Below are positions 8,899 to 18,454 of a stretch of DNA of 64,000 nucleotides, one piece after another. The stretch is taken from positions 5,353 through 69,352 of the forward strand of contig CAJYHL010000037.1 of the NCBI GenBank assembly GCA_913774625.1. The letters run 5' to 3'. This DNA comes from an uncultured Acidovorax sp. (GTDB lineage Bacteria > Pseudomonadota > Gammaproteobacteria > Burkholderiales > Burkholderiaceae_C). A program made the translations under genes and the position numbers. Numbering within the stretch: position 1 is the first letter of the stretch; every line of letters begins with the position of its first letter. The notes beneath the pieces were generated by a model. That model worked only from the letters and a program-made list of their open reading frames with translations. It ran no database searches and was not told the origin of the DNA.

Positions 8899-11394
8899 TC
8901 AATCGTAGTTGGAGAAACGGCTGGGGGGCGTGCTGCTGCCCTGTTGGAGCACCTGATAGCCAGGGACGTTCCGTTGCAGGCTGAGCAGGGGGTTGGAGCC
9001 GATCGACAGGCGCGAGAAGCCGCGGAATTCGATCTGGAACAGCAGGCGGCTGTTGGCGGTGTTGAGCGAGTTCTGCAGGCGCTCCATGACCACGCGGCCG
9101 ATCCAGCAGCAGCCCTCGTATTCCACGCCCACGACGGAGTTCACCATGCGGCGGTCCTGCAGGCTGTAGTTGAGCCGGCCGACGGTGTACCAGCGCCCGC
9201 CTTCTTCCAGCGGCCTGTCGGTGCGGCCGCCCCAGAGCGCGGCGATCGGCCATTGCCAGCCCACGTCCACCTGCTCGCTGGGCTCGGTGATGAGGTCGGT
9301 CACGCGCTGCAGCCGGTAGGCGGCGCTGATGGTGCGGTACTTGCCGGGGCTGTAGCGCACGCCCACGGTGGTGCGCTGCGACTGGCGGGTGTCCTGGTTG
9401 TACTGCACCAGCGCATCCGTGCTCCACTGGGGCGTCCAGTTGATGCCCGCGCCCAGCAGCACGTCGGAGAGGCGGTCCTGCACGGGCGTTCCGCCAGGCA
9501 TGGTCACGCGCTGGTCGGAAAAGCGCAGGCGCTGGGCAACGGCCAGGCGCACGGCTTCAGCGCCGGTGTTCGGGTCCAGCAGGCGGCTGGTGACGCCCAG
9601 GGTCAGCAGGTTGTTGTCGGCGAAGCGGTCGTTGCCGCCGAAGGAGTTCTCGGTGTAGATGGAGGCGAAGTTGAAGTCGTTCGCCGCCGTGTCGTACACC
9701 GGCAGCATGCTCTGGTCGCGGAACGGGGTGTAGGTGTAGAAGGCGCGCGGCTCCAGGGTCTGCACGAAGCTGCGGCCGAAGTACTGCGCGTCGCGCTCGA
9801 AGAACAGGCCGCTGTCCAGGCTGAAGGTGGGCACCGTGCGCTGGTAGCTGAGCTGGCCGTTGGCGAGCGGCGTGTCGAATTCGTATTGCGAGGCGTGCAG
9901 TTGCACGCGCGGCGTGAAGAAGCCCCAGGACGCCAGGAAGGGCCGGCTGAGCTGCGCCATGGCGTAGGCACGGCGGGCGTCGGGCTGGTTGGTGTAGAAG
10001 CGGTTGGCGCGGAAGTCGGTGTAGTCGAGGTCCACGCTGGTGTCGAAGCCGCCGGGCATCAGGAAGGGCGCATAGCGCCAGTGCAGCTGCGGCAGCCGGT
10101 CGTAGGGCGGCACGATGGGCGATGTGACGTCCTGCAGGGTCTGCCACTTCAGCACGCGCAGGCTGGCGCTGTAGTCGCCCTGGGCCCAGGACAGCGAGGC
10201 CTCGCCGGGCAGCAGGCGCTGGCTGAGCCGGTCCGCTGCGCTGGTGTTGGTGTTGAGGCTGCGCAGCGAGAAGTCGCTCCAGTACTGGTCGTCGCTCACG
10301 CGGCGCACGTTCACGTTCAGGCCCAGGCCGCCGATGGGGCTGTCGATGGTGCCCTGGTGCTTGACGCCCCAGGCCCAGCGGTCGCGGTCGCGCAGGCGGT
10401 CGCCGGGCAGATAGTCGGCCATCAGCGAGCCGCTGTAGGTCGGCTCCAGGTAGCGGAACTCGCCGCCCAGGTTCACGCCGCGCTTGCTCAGCACCGTGGG
10501 GGTGATGGTGGCGTCGCGGTTGGGCGCTATGTTCCAGTAGTAGGGCTGCGAATAGGCCACGCCGCTCACGCTGTCGATGCCGATGGTGGGCGGCAGCAGG
10601 CCGGACTTGCGGCGCTCGGACAGCGGGAAGGAAAGGCGCGGCACGGGCAGGATGGGCACGCCCTTGAATTCGAGCACCGCGTTCTCGGCCACGCCGGTTT
10701 CGGTGGCCCTGTCCAGCCGGATGGTGCGCGCGCGCAGGATCCAGTCGGGCTGCCAGCCGGCTTCGTCGGTGCGCTGGCAGGTGGTGTAGTTGCCGTCGTG
10801 GATCACCGAGCGGGAGCGGTCGATGAAGTCCACGCGCGAGGCGTCGCCATAGGCCGAGTTGGCGAGGAAGCGGTAGTTCGCGTCGGTGAAGAAGCCGCTG
10901 AACTCATCCACCCGCAGCTGCAGCTTCGATCCCTGATAGACATTGCCCGCGTTGTTGATGCGCACCTGGCCGGTGGCGGTGGCGAGGTCCGTGGGGATGT
11001 CGTATTCCATGCGCTCGGAATGGATCACGGTGTCGCCCCGGCGCAGCTCGGCATGGCCTTCGACGTCGGCCTTGATGTCGGGCTGCAGGATGAGCTGGTC
11101 GCCCATGACGAAGGTGGGCAGCTGGCTGCGCACGCCGTCGGGAATGGTTTCCTGCAGCATGGGGCTGGAGCGCAGGGCGGATGTGGGCACCGCCTGGGCA
11201 TAGGGGCTGGCCGTGCCGGGTGCGGCCTGCGCCAGCACGCCCAGGGGTACGCCGCAGAGCATCCAGGCGGCCAGCCGCGCCAGCGGACGGCGTTCCAGGC
11301 GCAGGCCCCGCACGCGGGCGGCTTGCGGTGCGGAGGCGGCGGTCGGCAGGGAAGGCAGCGGAGAAAGCAGGTCGGGCAAGGAAGAGCGGTCCAT
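8899..11394 (-). CDS. lptD: LPS assembly protein LptD
   Basis: YTTC, RKSGLLPP, PYYWNIAPNRDAT, EGCCW; upstream of surA. Confidence 0.93.
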   Translation of the reverse strand: MDRSSLPDLLSPLPSLPTAASAPQAARVRGLRLERRPLARLAAWMLCGVPLGVLAQAAPGTASPYAQAVPTSALRSSPMLQETIPDGVRSQLPTFVMGDQLILQPDIKADVEGHAELRRGDTVIHSERMEYDIPTDLATATGQVRINNAGNVYQGSKLQLRVDEFSGFFTDANYRFLANSAYGDASRVDFIDRSRSVIHDGNYTTCQRTDEAGWQPDWILRARTIRLDRATETGVAENAVLEFKGVPILPVPRLSFPLSERRKSGLLPPTIGIDSVSGVAYSQPYYWNIAPNRDATITPTVLSKRGVNLGGEFRYLEPTYSGSLMADYLPGDRLRDRDRWAWGVKHQGTIDSPIGGLGLNVNVRRVSDDQYWSDFSLRSLNTNTSAADRLSQRLLPGEASLSWAQGDYSASLRVLKWQTLQDVTSPIVPPYDRLPQLHWRYAPFLMPGGFDTSVDLDYTDFRANRFYTNQPDARRAYAMAQLSRPFLASWGFFTPRVQLHASQYEFDTPLANGQLSYQRTVPTFSLDSGLFFERDAQYFGRSFVQTLEPRAFYTYTPFRDQSMLPVYDTAANDFNFASIYTENSFGGNDRFADNNLLTLGVTSRLLDPNTGAEAVRLAVAQRLRFSDQRVTMPGGTPVQDRLSDVLLGAGINWTPQWSTDALVQYNQDTRQSQRTTVGVRYSPGKYRTISAAYRLQRVTDLITEPSEQVDVGWQWPIAALWGGRTDRPLEEGGRWYTVGRLNYSLQDRRMVNSVVGVEYEGCCWIGRVVMERLQNSLNTANSRLLFQIEFRGFSRLSIGSNPLLSLQRNVPGYQVLQQGSSTPPSRFSNYD

Positions 11395-11477
11395 GGAATC
11401 AGCCGTTCGGCGGTGCCGGCGCGGGCGCCGCGGGCCACCCGGCATGAGGCGGACCGGGTTCTAGAATCGGATTATCC

Positions 11478-12605
11478 ATGAGCCACCCTTGCCCCTCCCC
11501 CACCTCCGGCTCCGCGCCCGTCACCTGGGCCGACCCCGCCCGCCACGCCGCCTTCGACGCCTGGCTCGCCCCGCTGGCGGCCACGCACGGCCTGCTGGCG
11601 CACACGCTGCGCCCGGCCTCCGCCGATGCGAGCTTCCGCCGCTACCTGCGGCTGGACCACGCCGACGGCAACGGCGACAGCTGCATCGTGATGGACGCGC
11701 CGCCCGACAAGGAAGACTGCTGCCCCTTCGCCCACGTGCAGCAGCTGATGCAGGCCGCCGGCCTGCGCGTGCCGGACATCCTGGCCTGGGACGAAGCCCA
11801 CGGCTTCATGCTGCTGACCGACCTGGGCCGGCAGACCGTGATCGAGCTGCTGGACCCCGCCCGCCCCGAAGCCGCCCGAGACTGGTACCTGCAGGCGGTC
11901 GATGCGCTGGTGCAGTGGCAGCTGGCATCGCGCCCCGGCGTGCTGCCGGCCTACGACGAGCCGCTGCTGCGCCGCGAGCTGGCGCTCTTTCCCGACTGGT
12001 ACATCGCCCGCCATCGGGGCGTGGCGCTGGACGATGCCCAGCAGGCCACGCTGCAGCGGGCCTTCGACGCCATCGTGCGGCAGAACCTCACGGCGCCCAG
12101 CGTCTTCGTCCACCGCGACTTCATGACACGGAACCTGATGGCCCCGCCGGAAAGCAGCACCGGCCCTGCGAGCGCTCTCGGCGTGCTCGACTTCCAGGAC
12201 GCGGTGTACGGCCCCGTCACCTACGACATCGCCAGCCTGCTGCGCGACGCCTTCATCTCCTGGGATGAGGAATTCGTCATCGACATTACCGTGCGTTACT
12301 GGGAGAAGGCCCGGCGCGCGGGCATTCTCGGCGCCTCCAGTGCCAGCGGCTGGGGGGACGACTTCGGCGCCTTCTACCGCGACGTGGAATGGATGGGCCT
12401 GCAGCGCCACCTGAAGGTGGCCGGCATCTTCGCCCGCCTGACGCTGCGCGACGGCAAGCCCCGGTACCTGGCCGATGCGCCGCGCTTCATCGGCTACATC
12501 CGCTCCACCGCCAGCCGCTACCGCGAACTGGCGCCGCTGCTGCGGCTGATCGACCGCATCGAAGGCATCGAGGCGCCCAGCGGCTACGCCTTCGGCCGCG
12601 TCTGA
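11478..12605 (+). CDS. amgK: Aminoglycoside-phosphotransferase-family kinase, probable MurNAc/GlcNAc anomeric kinase AmgK
   Basis: DASFRRYLR, VMDAPP, VHRDF, LDFQDAVYGP, LQRHLKVAGIF; divergent from lptD as usual for amgK. Confidence 0.75.
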   Translation: MSHPCPSPTSGSAPVTWADPARHAAFDAWLAPLAATHGLLAHTLRPASADASFRRYLRLDHADGNGDSCIVMDAPPDKEDCCPFAHVQQLMQAAGLRVPDILAWDEAHGFMLLTDLGRQTVIELLDPARPEAARDWYLQAVDALVQWQLASRPGVLPAYDEPLLRRELALFPDWYIARHRGVALDDAQQATLQRAFDAIVRQNLTAPSVFVHRDFMTRNLMAPPESSTGPASALGVLDFQDAVYGPVTYDIASLLRDAFISWDEEFVIDITVRYWEKARRAGILGASSASGWGDDFGAFYRDVEWMGLQRHLKVAGIFARLTLRDGKPRYLADAPRFIGYIRSTASRYRELAPLLRLIDRIEGIEAPSGYAFGRV

Positions 12606-12677
12606 CCACGTTTCCCATCACCGATCCGGCCCGCAGCGCCTGAGCCGCCGGCGCCTACAGCTACTCATTTCATAGCA

Positions 12678-13406
12678 ATGCCCCGTTTCCACTGTCCCCT
12701 GCCCCTGGCCTCCGGCGCCGTGCTGGCACTGCCGCCCACGGCCGCGCGCCATGTGCAGGTGCTGCGGCTGCAGCCGGGCGACGCCATCACGCTGTTCGAC
12801 GGGCGCGGCGGCGAGCATGCCGCCACCGTCACCCGCATGGGCCGATCCGACGTGGAGGTCGAGATCGGCGCGCACGACCCGGTCGAGCGCGAGGCCGCCC
12901 GCGCCGTCCACCTGGTCGTGGGCATGCCGGCCAACGAGCGCATGGACTGGCTGGTCGAAAAAGCCACCGAGCTGGGCGCCGCCAGCATCCAGCCCGTGGC
13001 CGCCGCGCGCAGCGTGCTCAAGCTGGCCGGCGAGCGCGCCGCCAAGCGCCAGGCCCACTGGCAGGCCATCGCCGTGGCTGCCTGCGAGCAATGCGGCCGC
13101 AACCGCGTGCCCACCGTCCACGCCCCCCTGCCGCTGGCCGAGGGCCTGCGCAGCACCGCCGCTGCGGCCGACGCCGACGGCACCCGCCTGGTGCTGTCCC
13201 TGCGCGCCGGCAGCCGCTCCTTGCGCGATGCCGCGGGCGCCGGCAGCGGCCCGGTCTGGGTGCTGCACGGCCCCGAAGGCGGGCTGACGGGCCAGGAGGA
13301 AGACGCGGCCATCGCCGCCGGCTTCGCCCCGGCCGGCCTGGGCGCACGCGTGCTGCGGGCCGAAACCGCTTCCGTCGCCGCGCTGGCGCAGCTGGTCTTC
13401 CCATGA
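12678..13406 (+). CDS. rsmE: 16S rRNA m3U1498 methyltransferase
   Basis: HVQVLRL, EKATELG, ACEQCGRN, GPEGG, LGARVLRAETA. Confidence 0.95.
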   Translation: MPRFHCPLPLASGAVLALPPTAARHVQVLRLQPGDAITLFDGRGGEHAATVTRMGRSDVEVEIGAHDPVEREAARAVHLVVGMPANERMDWLVEKATELGAASIQPVAAARSVLKLAGERAAKRQAHWQAIAVAACEQCGRNRVPTVHAPLPLAEGLRSTAAAADADGTRLVLSLRAGSRSLRDAAGAGSGPVWVLHGPEGGLTGQEEDAAIAAGFAPAGLGARVLRAETASVAALAQLVFP

Positions 13407-14791
13407 GCGCGGGCACCCGTCAACAGGCGGCCGTGCAGCAGCCGCCCGCTGCGGCATTGCCCGCCGACACGGCCGCCAGCAATGCCAGCCTGGCCGACTT
13501 CTTCCGCGATGCCGACGCCGCTGCCGATGCGCCCCTGCTCTGGCGCATCGCGCAGCAACAGGCGCTGACGCAGGCGCTCAGCGGCCTGTTCCACGGCCCG
13601 GCCGCGCTGGTGCAGCTGCGCCTCTGGGTCTTCCTGCAGCTGGCCTCGCACGGCGAGGCGCTGCTGCCGCGCGAGCGCATCGACGAGCTGTTCCACGCCC
13701 TGCGCCCCGAGGCGCTGGAGACCGTGCTCAAGCGACTGCGCGATGCGGGCCTGCTGGCCTGGGACGAGAGCCAGCGCGCCTACGCCCTGCCCCCGCTGGC
13801 CCAGCGCGTGGCGGGCCTGCTGTCACCGCTGGCCAGCGAAGCGCCGCCGCTGGAGGGCGACGACGAGGGCGGCGAGCTGGCCGCGCTGCTGGGCTCGGTG
13901 GTCGGGGCCAACCAGCTGGGCCATGTCGATGCCGGCCAGGTGCAGCTGCTGCACGCGCAGCTGGCCCGGCTGCACGGCGAATTCGCCGACGCCATCGCCA
14001 GCGGCTCGGAATTCCGCCTGCGCGAAGCCCGCAAACGCTACGACCGCGCGGCCACGCTGATCGACCGGGCCTCCGACGCCATCACCGCCATCATCACCAA
14101 CGCCCACGGCCACATCGCGCTGGAGCGCGCCGCGCGCGGGCTGGGCCAGGCGCAGTCGCGCCTGCTGGCCATGGCCAGCCAGTTCAACCGCGCGCTACAG
14201 CAGGTGGACCGCCAGCGCGTCACGCTGGGCACCACGGGCCTCACCAGCACCGACGTCAAGCGCTGGCTGCAGTCCACGCCCGAACCCCACCGGCTGCTGC
14301 ACGGCGCGCTGGCCGCGCCCACGCCCTTCGTGGCCGGGCTGGCGCCGCACGAGCTGCTGGACGTGGTGGAAGCCGAGTTCGAGCGCGACCGCCCCGCCGC
14401 CGAAGCGCCCGAGGCCCTGCCCGAACCGCAGGCCGCGCCCGCCGGCTCGCTGGCCGCCGTGGCCCTGCCCGGCGAGCTGACCGACCTCTGCGCCCTGCTG
14501 GCCGGCTGGACGCTGGCGGGGCAGGAGGAGGGCGCCCCGCGCACCGTGGCCGATGCACTGCTGCACGCGGCGCCCGGCGCCGCAGACGTCCGCTACGCCC
14601 AGGTGGCCTACAAGGCCCAGCTGCTGCCGCTGCTGGGCGATCCGCAGGCTGCCGTGCTGCCCGGCGCCACGGGCGAGCTGGCCCGCCAGCCCTGGCGCGT
14701 GCAGTGGGAGCCCGCTGCCGACACGCTGGACCACCCGCAGGTCCTGCGCCTGAGCCAGGGCACGCTGGTGCCCGCCCGGCAGGACGACTGA
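13403..14791 (+). CDS. Putative kleisin subunit of SMC-like complex (MksF/JetA-like)
   Basis: Winged-helix-like N-terminus (LETVLKRLRDAGLLAWD) then helical region; first gene of a four-gene block with an SMC ATPase; 462 aa. Confidence 0.6.
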   Translation: MSAGTRQQAAVQQPPAAALPADTAASNASLADFFRDADAAADAPLLWRIAQQQALTQALSGLFHGPAALVQLRLWVFLQLASHGEALLPRERIDELFHALRPEALETVLKRLRDAGLLAWDESQRAYALPPLAQRVAGLLSPLASEAPPLEGDDEGGELAALLGSVVGANQLGHVDAGQVQLLHAQLARLHGEFADAIASGSEFRLREARKRYDRAATLIDRASDAITAIITNAHGHIALERAARGLGQAQSRLLAMASQFNRALQQVDRQRVTLGTTGLTSTDVKRWLQSTPEPHRLLHGALAAPTPFVAGLAPHELLDVVEAEFERDRPAAEAPEALPEPQAAPAGSLAAVALPGELTDLCALLAGWTLAGQEEGAPRTVADALLHAAPGAADVRYAQVAYKAQLLPLLGDPQAAVLPGATGELARQPWRVQWEPAADTLDHPQVLRLSQGTLVPARQDD

Positions 14792-14841
14792 CCGCCCCGC
14801 GCCCCCGACAAGAAGAACCAGAACCGAACGACCCCGATTCC

Positions 14842-15567
14842 ATGGACGAAGCCGCCCTCCTCATCTCCGAACTGCTGGCCCGCCGCTGGCTGCCGCGCAG
14901 CCATCCGCGCGTCAAGCGCGCGCTGGTCGATGCCGAACTCTTCGCCCAGGTCGAACAGCGCCTGGCGCAGTCCGGCCTGCGCTTTCTCGACAGCATCTAT
15001 GCCGACCACGTCAGCCTGGGCCTGCTGCCCGCCGCGCAGAACGCCGTGCTGGGCGAGGCCGGCGCCAACGCCAACAACAACCTGGAGCTGCCGCGCGACG
15101 CGCAGGCGCTGCTGGTGGTGCTGTGGGCGCTCATCGTGCTGCCGAAGCGCGAGCGCCAGACCAGCCGCGTGCAGGAAGCCGACGCCGGCCAGAGCGACTT
15201 CTTCCCTGGCGCCAAGCCGCTGCCCGCCGCGCGCCTTGCCAGCCCCGTGCTGTCGTACAAGACCCTGCTGGAGGACTACGGCCCGCAGCTGGGCAAGAAG
15301 CTGCGGCTGGACGCCAACCTGAAGCTGCTGGAGCGCCACGGCTTCATCGTGCGCCGCCAGGACGAGATCGCCGAAGGCCCGCTGCTGGACGTGCTGCTGG
15401 ACTACGACGTGCTGGCACCGCGCATCCTCGACGGCGCCCTGGCCGACGTGCTGCTGCGCGAGCGCGCCGAAGCCGAACCGGCATCCGCATCCGCACCTGA
15501 AGAAAATCCGGCCGCAGCCCAGGATGCAGGCGGGCCATCCGCTATCGAAAACGAAGTGCAGGAGTAA
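14842..15567 (+). CDS. Putative kite subunit (MksE/JetB-like)
   Basis: 241 aa between kleisin-like and SMC genes; tandem winged-helix-like segments (LKLLERHGFI...EGPLL). Confidence 0.6.
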   Translation: MDEAALLISELLARRWLPRSHPRVKRALVDAELFAQVEQRLAQSGLRFLDSIYADHVSLGLLPAAQNAVLGEAGANANNNLELPRDAQALLVVLWALIVLPKRERQTSRVQEADAGQSDFFPGAKPLPAARLASPVLSYKTLLEDYGPQLGKKLRLDANLKLLERHGFIVRRQDEIAEGPLLDVLLDYDVLAPRILDGALADVLLRERAEAEPASASAPEENPAAAQDAGGPSAIENEVQE

Positions 15568-15575
15568 GCCAACCC

Positions 15576-18410
15576 GTGTTCCACCTGCAGACCCTCGAAC
15601 TCGTCCACTGGGACTACTGCCAGCGCGTGGCCCTGCCGCTGGACGCCTCCATCATCACCATCGCCGGCCCCAACGGCTCGGGCAAGACCACGCTGCTGGA
15701 CGCCATGCGCACCCTGCTGGGCCTGCGCTGCTCGTCGCCGCGCGACTGGCGCACCTACGCCCGCCATGCCGGCGCGCAGACCGCCTGGCTGCGCGCCGTG
15801 GTGGACAACCGGCCGCAGGGCCGCCAGACCTCCAGCCGGCCCTTCGCGCGGCGGCTGATCTACACCGACCAGGTCACGCTGGCCTGCCGCATCGACCGCA
15901 ACGGCGGCGACTGGCAGCGCCGCTACTGCCTGGTGGAAGGCGATGCCGGCATCGAACAGCTGCAGGACACGCCCGAAAAGGACCTGGGCTACATGGGCGT
16001 GGAAGCCTGGGGCCGGGTGCTGTCGGCCGCAGGCCTCTCGCCCGCCATCGCCCGCGTGCTGTCGCTGGAGCAGGGCCAGACCGACCGGCTGTGCGAATTC
16101 AGCCCGCGCGAGCTGCTGCGCCTGGTGTTCGACGTGTTCGGCGACCAGCAGGTGCTGGACGCCTACGACCAGGCCCGCGAGCACCAGCAGCAGCTGGTGC
16201 GCGAAATGGCCCAGGCCGAACGCGAACTCGACCACGGCCGCGCCCAGCTGACCGAGCTGCACAACCGCGTGACCAGCTACAAGACCTGGCAGCTCAAGCT
16301 GGCCGAGCGCGAGCGCCTGGCCACCGAGGTGCTGCCCGTGCTGGCCTGGCACGGCGAGCGCGAAGGGCTGACGCGGCAGTCGCGCGAGCTGCGCCGCCAG
16401 AAGAGCCAGCACCGCGCAGCGCTGGCCGACCAGGCCATCCAGAACAAGCGCCTCTTGCACCTGCTCGATGAAGGCGCCCGCGCCCAGGCCGAGGCCGAGC
16501 GCCTGCAGGCCGAGCGCGACGAAGCCCGCGCCCAGCTCGACACCGCCACGCGCCACGAATCGCCGCTGGAGCAGATCGCCCGGCGCGAGGCCGAGCTGCT
16601 GGCCCTGGTGGACAAGGGCAGCAATGCCGACGAGCTGCAGGCCCATCTGGCCGATCTGCAGCGGCAAGAGGCCGATGCGCAGGACGAGCGCAGCGTGCTG
16701 CAGCAGCGCCGCAAGCTGGCCGCCGAAGCGCTCAAGGCGCTGGAAGGCCAGCAGCTGCCGCCGCAGCCGGCCGAGGTGCAGCAGTTCCGCCGCCGACTCG
16801 CGGCCCAGGGCATAGGCCACCAGTTCGTGGCCGAAGTGGTCGAGGTGGCCGACGAAGCCTGGCGCGCGGCCATCGAAGGCGTGCTGCGCGGCCACCGCTG
16901 GGTGACGCTGCTGGACAAGGAAAGCGACCTCGCCGAGGCCTACGACATCGGCGAGCGCGAGCGCTTCCGGCACTACATCGTCGGTCCCGGCGAGAAGGTG
17001 TTGCGCGGCGAGCCCGGCACCCTGCTGGCCCATGTGCGCTTCACCGCGCCCGTGCCGCGCTGGCTGGTGCAGCAGCTGCAGCAGCTGCGCTGCGTGGCCG
17101 ACCCGCGCGAGGGCAAGCGCCTGGGCGGCAGCTGGATCACGCCGCAGGCCTACATGCACGACGGGCGCGGCGCCCGCTCGATGTGGGTGGAGCCGCGCGA
17201 CCACCAGTTCGGCGCCGCCGCCGTCCATGCGCGCCGCAGCGCCGCCGAACGCGACCTGGCGCAGATCGACGCCCAGCTGGCGCCGGTGCTGGACCGGCTC
17301 ATGGCCCTCAAGCGCCAGATCACCGATACCCGCCGCGCCCTGGAAGGCCACAGCGCCGCCGAAGAGCTGGCACGCCGCAGCGACGAATTCGCCCAGGCCC
17401 GGGCCGAACTGCCCGCCGCCAGGCAGGCCCGCATCGCCGCCGCCCAGCGCTGGCAGCGGCTGGACACCGACGCCGGCCGCGCCCACGAACGCCACCGCGC
17501 CTTCATCGACGAGCACCAGCGCGTCGAAAAGGAACTGCAGCGCTCGCGGGGCGAGAGCGAGCGCGCCGCGCAGGACTGGACGGCCCGCCGCCGCGCCCAT
17601 GCCGCCGCCGTGGCGCGCAGCCAGGGCCGGCGCGCGCAGTTCCCGCCGCGCTGGGTGGCGCCGGCCACTCTGGCAGCGCTGGTCGCAGACTTCGTCAACG
17701 ACACCCAGGCCCGGCTGCGCCTGCAGGCCGTGGAGCAGGAACTGGAACACGGCAGCTGGGAGCAGGACGCCACGGTCGAGGAACGGCACCGCCGCATGGA
17801 CGTCACGGTGCGCGAGCAGGCCGCGAGCCTGGCCGACCACCAGATCAAGAACGCCCAGGCCGCCACGGCCGTGATGAACGCGCGCGAGAGCTACATCGAG
17901 GTGCTGCGCAGCACGGTGCGCCGCTACCGCAAGAACATCCAGGAACTGGGCGCGCTGGCCGGCGTGGAAGTGGCGGCCGAGCTGCCCCTCCTGGAGAACG
18001 ACGACACCGTGCTGGCCCAGGCGGGCCTCAAGGTGCAGTTCGCCTTCGACGGCAAGGGCAGCATCGGGCTGAACGACGGCGAGGCCTCGGGCGGCCAGCA
18101 GGTCATCAAGTCGCTGATCCTCCTGGTGGGGCTGCTCAAGGACGAGGAAAGCGGATCGGGCGGCTTCGTCTTCATCGACGAGCCCTTCGCCCACCTGGAC
18201 GTGCGCAACATCCAGCTGGTGGGCCACTTCCTGCGCTCCACCCAGGCGCAGTACGTGCTGACCACGCCCATCACCCACAACCTCGAAGTCTTCGAGCCCG
18301 CCGAGATCACCCTGGTGACCAGCAAGAAGCCCAAGGGCAGCCGCTGGGCGCCGCCCATCGCGGTGGCGCAGCGGCGCGGCGTGCCGGTGCTGGAGCCGGT
18401 GCCGACCTAG
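15576..18410 (+). CDS. mksB: SMC-family ATPase (MksB/JetC-like), 944 aa
   Basis: Walker A GPNGSGKT, long coiled coils around a central hinge-like region, signature SGGQQ, Walker B VFIDEPFAHLD; GTG start. Confidence 0.8.
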   Translation: MFHLQTLELVHWDYCQRVALPLDASIITIAGPNGSGKTTLLDAMRTLLGLRCSSPRDWRTYARHAGAQTAWLRAVVDNRPQGRQTSSRPFARRLIYTDQVTLACRIDRNGGDWQRRYCLVEGDAGIEQLQDTPEKDLGYMGVEAWGRVLSAAGLSPAIARVLSLEQGQTDRLCEFSPRELLRLVFDVFGDQQVLDAYDQAREHQQQLVREMAQAERELDHGRAQLTELHNRVTSYKTWQLKLAERERLATEVLPVLAWHGEREGLTRQSRELRRQKSQHRAALADQAIQNKRLLHLLDEGARAQAEAERLQAERDEARAQLDTATRHESPLEQIARREAELLALVDKGSNADELQAHLADLQRQEADAQDERSVLQQRRKLAAEALKALEGQQLPPQPAEVQQFRRRLAAQGIGHQFVAEVVEVADEAWRAAIEGVLRGHRWVTLLDKESDLAEAYDIGERERFRHYIVGPGEKVLRGEPGTLLAHVRFTAPVPRWLVQQLQQLRCVADPREGKRLGGSWITPQAYMHDGRGARSMWVEPRDHQFGAAAVHARRSAAERDLAQIDAQLAPVLDRLMALKRQITDTRRALEGHSAAEELARRSDEFAQARAELPAARQARIAAAQRWQRLDTDAGRAHERHRAFIDEHQRVEKELQRSRGESERAAQDWTARRRAHAAAVARSQGRRAQFPPRWVAPATLAALVADFVNDTQARLRLQAVEQELEHGSWEQDATVEERHRRMDVTVREQAASLADHQIKNAQAATAVMNARESYIEVLRSTVRRYRKNIQELGALAGVEVAAELPLLENDDTVLAQAGLKVQFAFDGKGSIGLNDGEASGGQQVIKSLILLVGLLKDEESGSGGFVFIDEPFAHLDVRNIQLVGHFLRSTQAQYVLTTPITHNLEVFEPAEITLVTSKKPKGSRWAPPIAVAQRRGVPVLEPVPT

Positions 18411-18454
18411 GGCCTGCCCTGCAAGGAAGACCAGCAAACCCGCACGCAACAACC

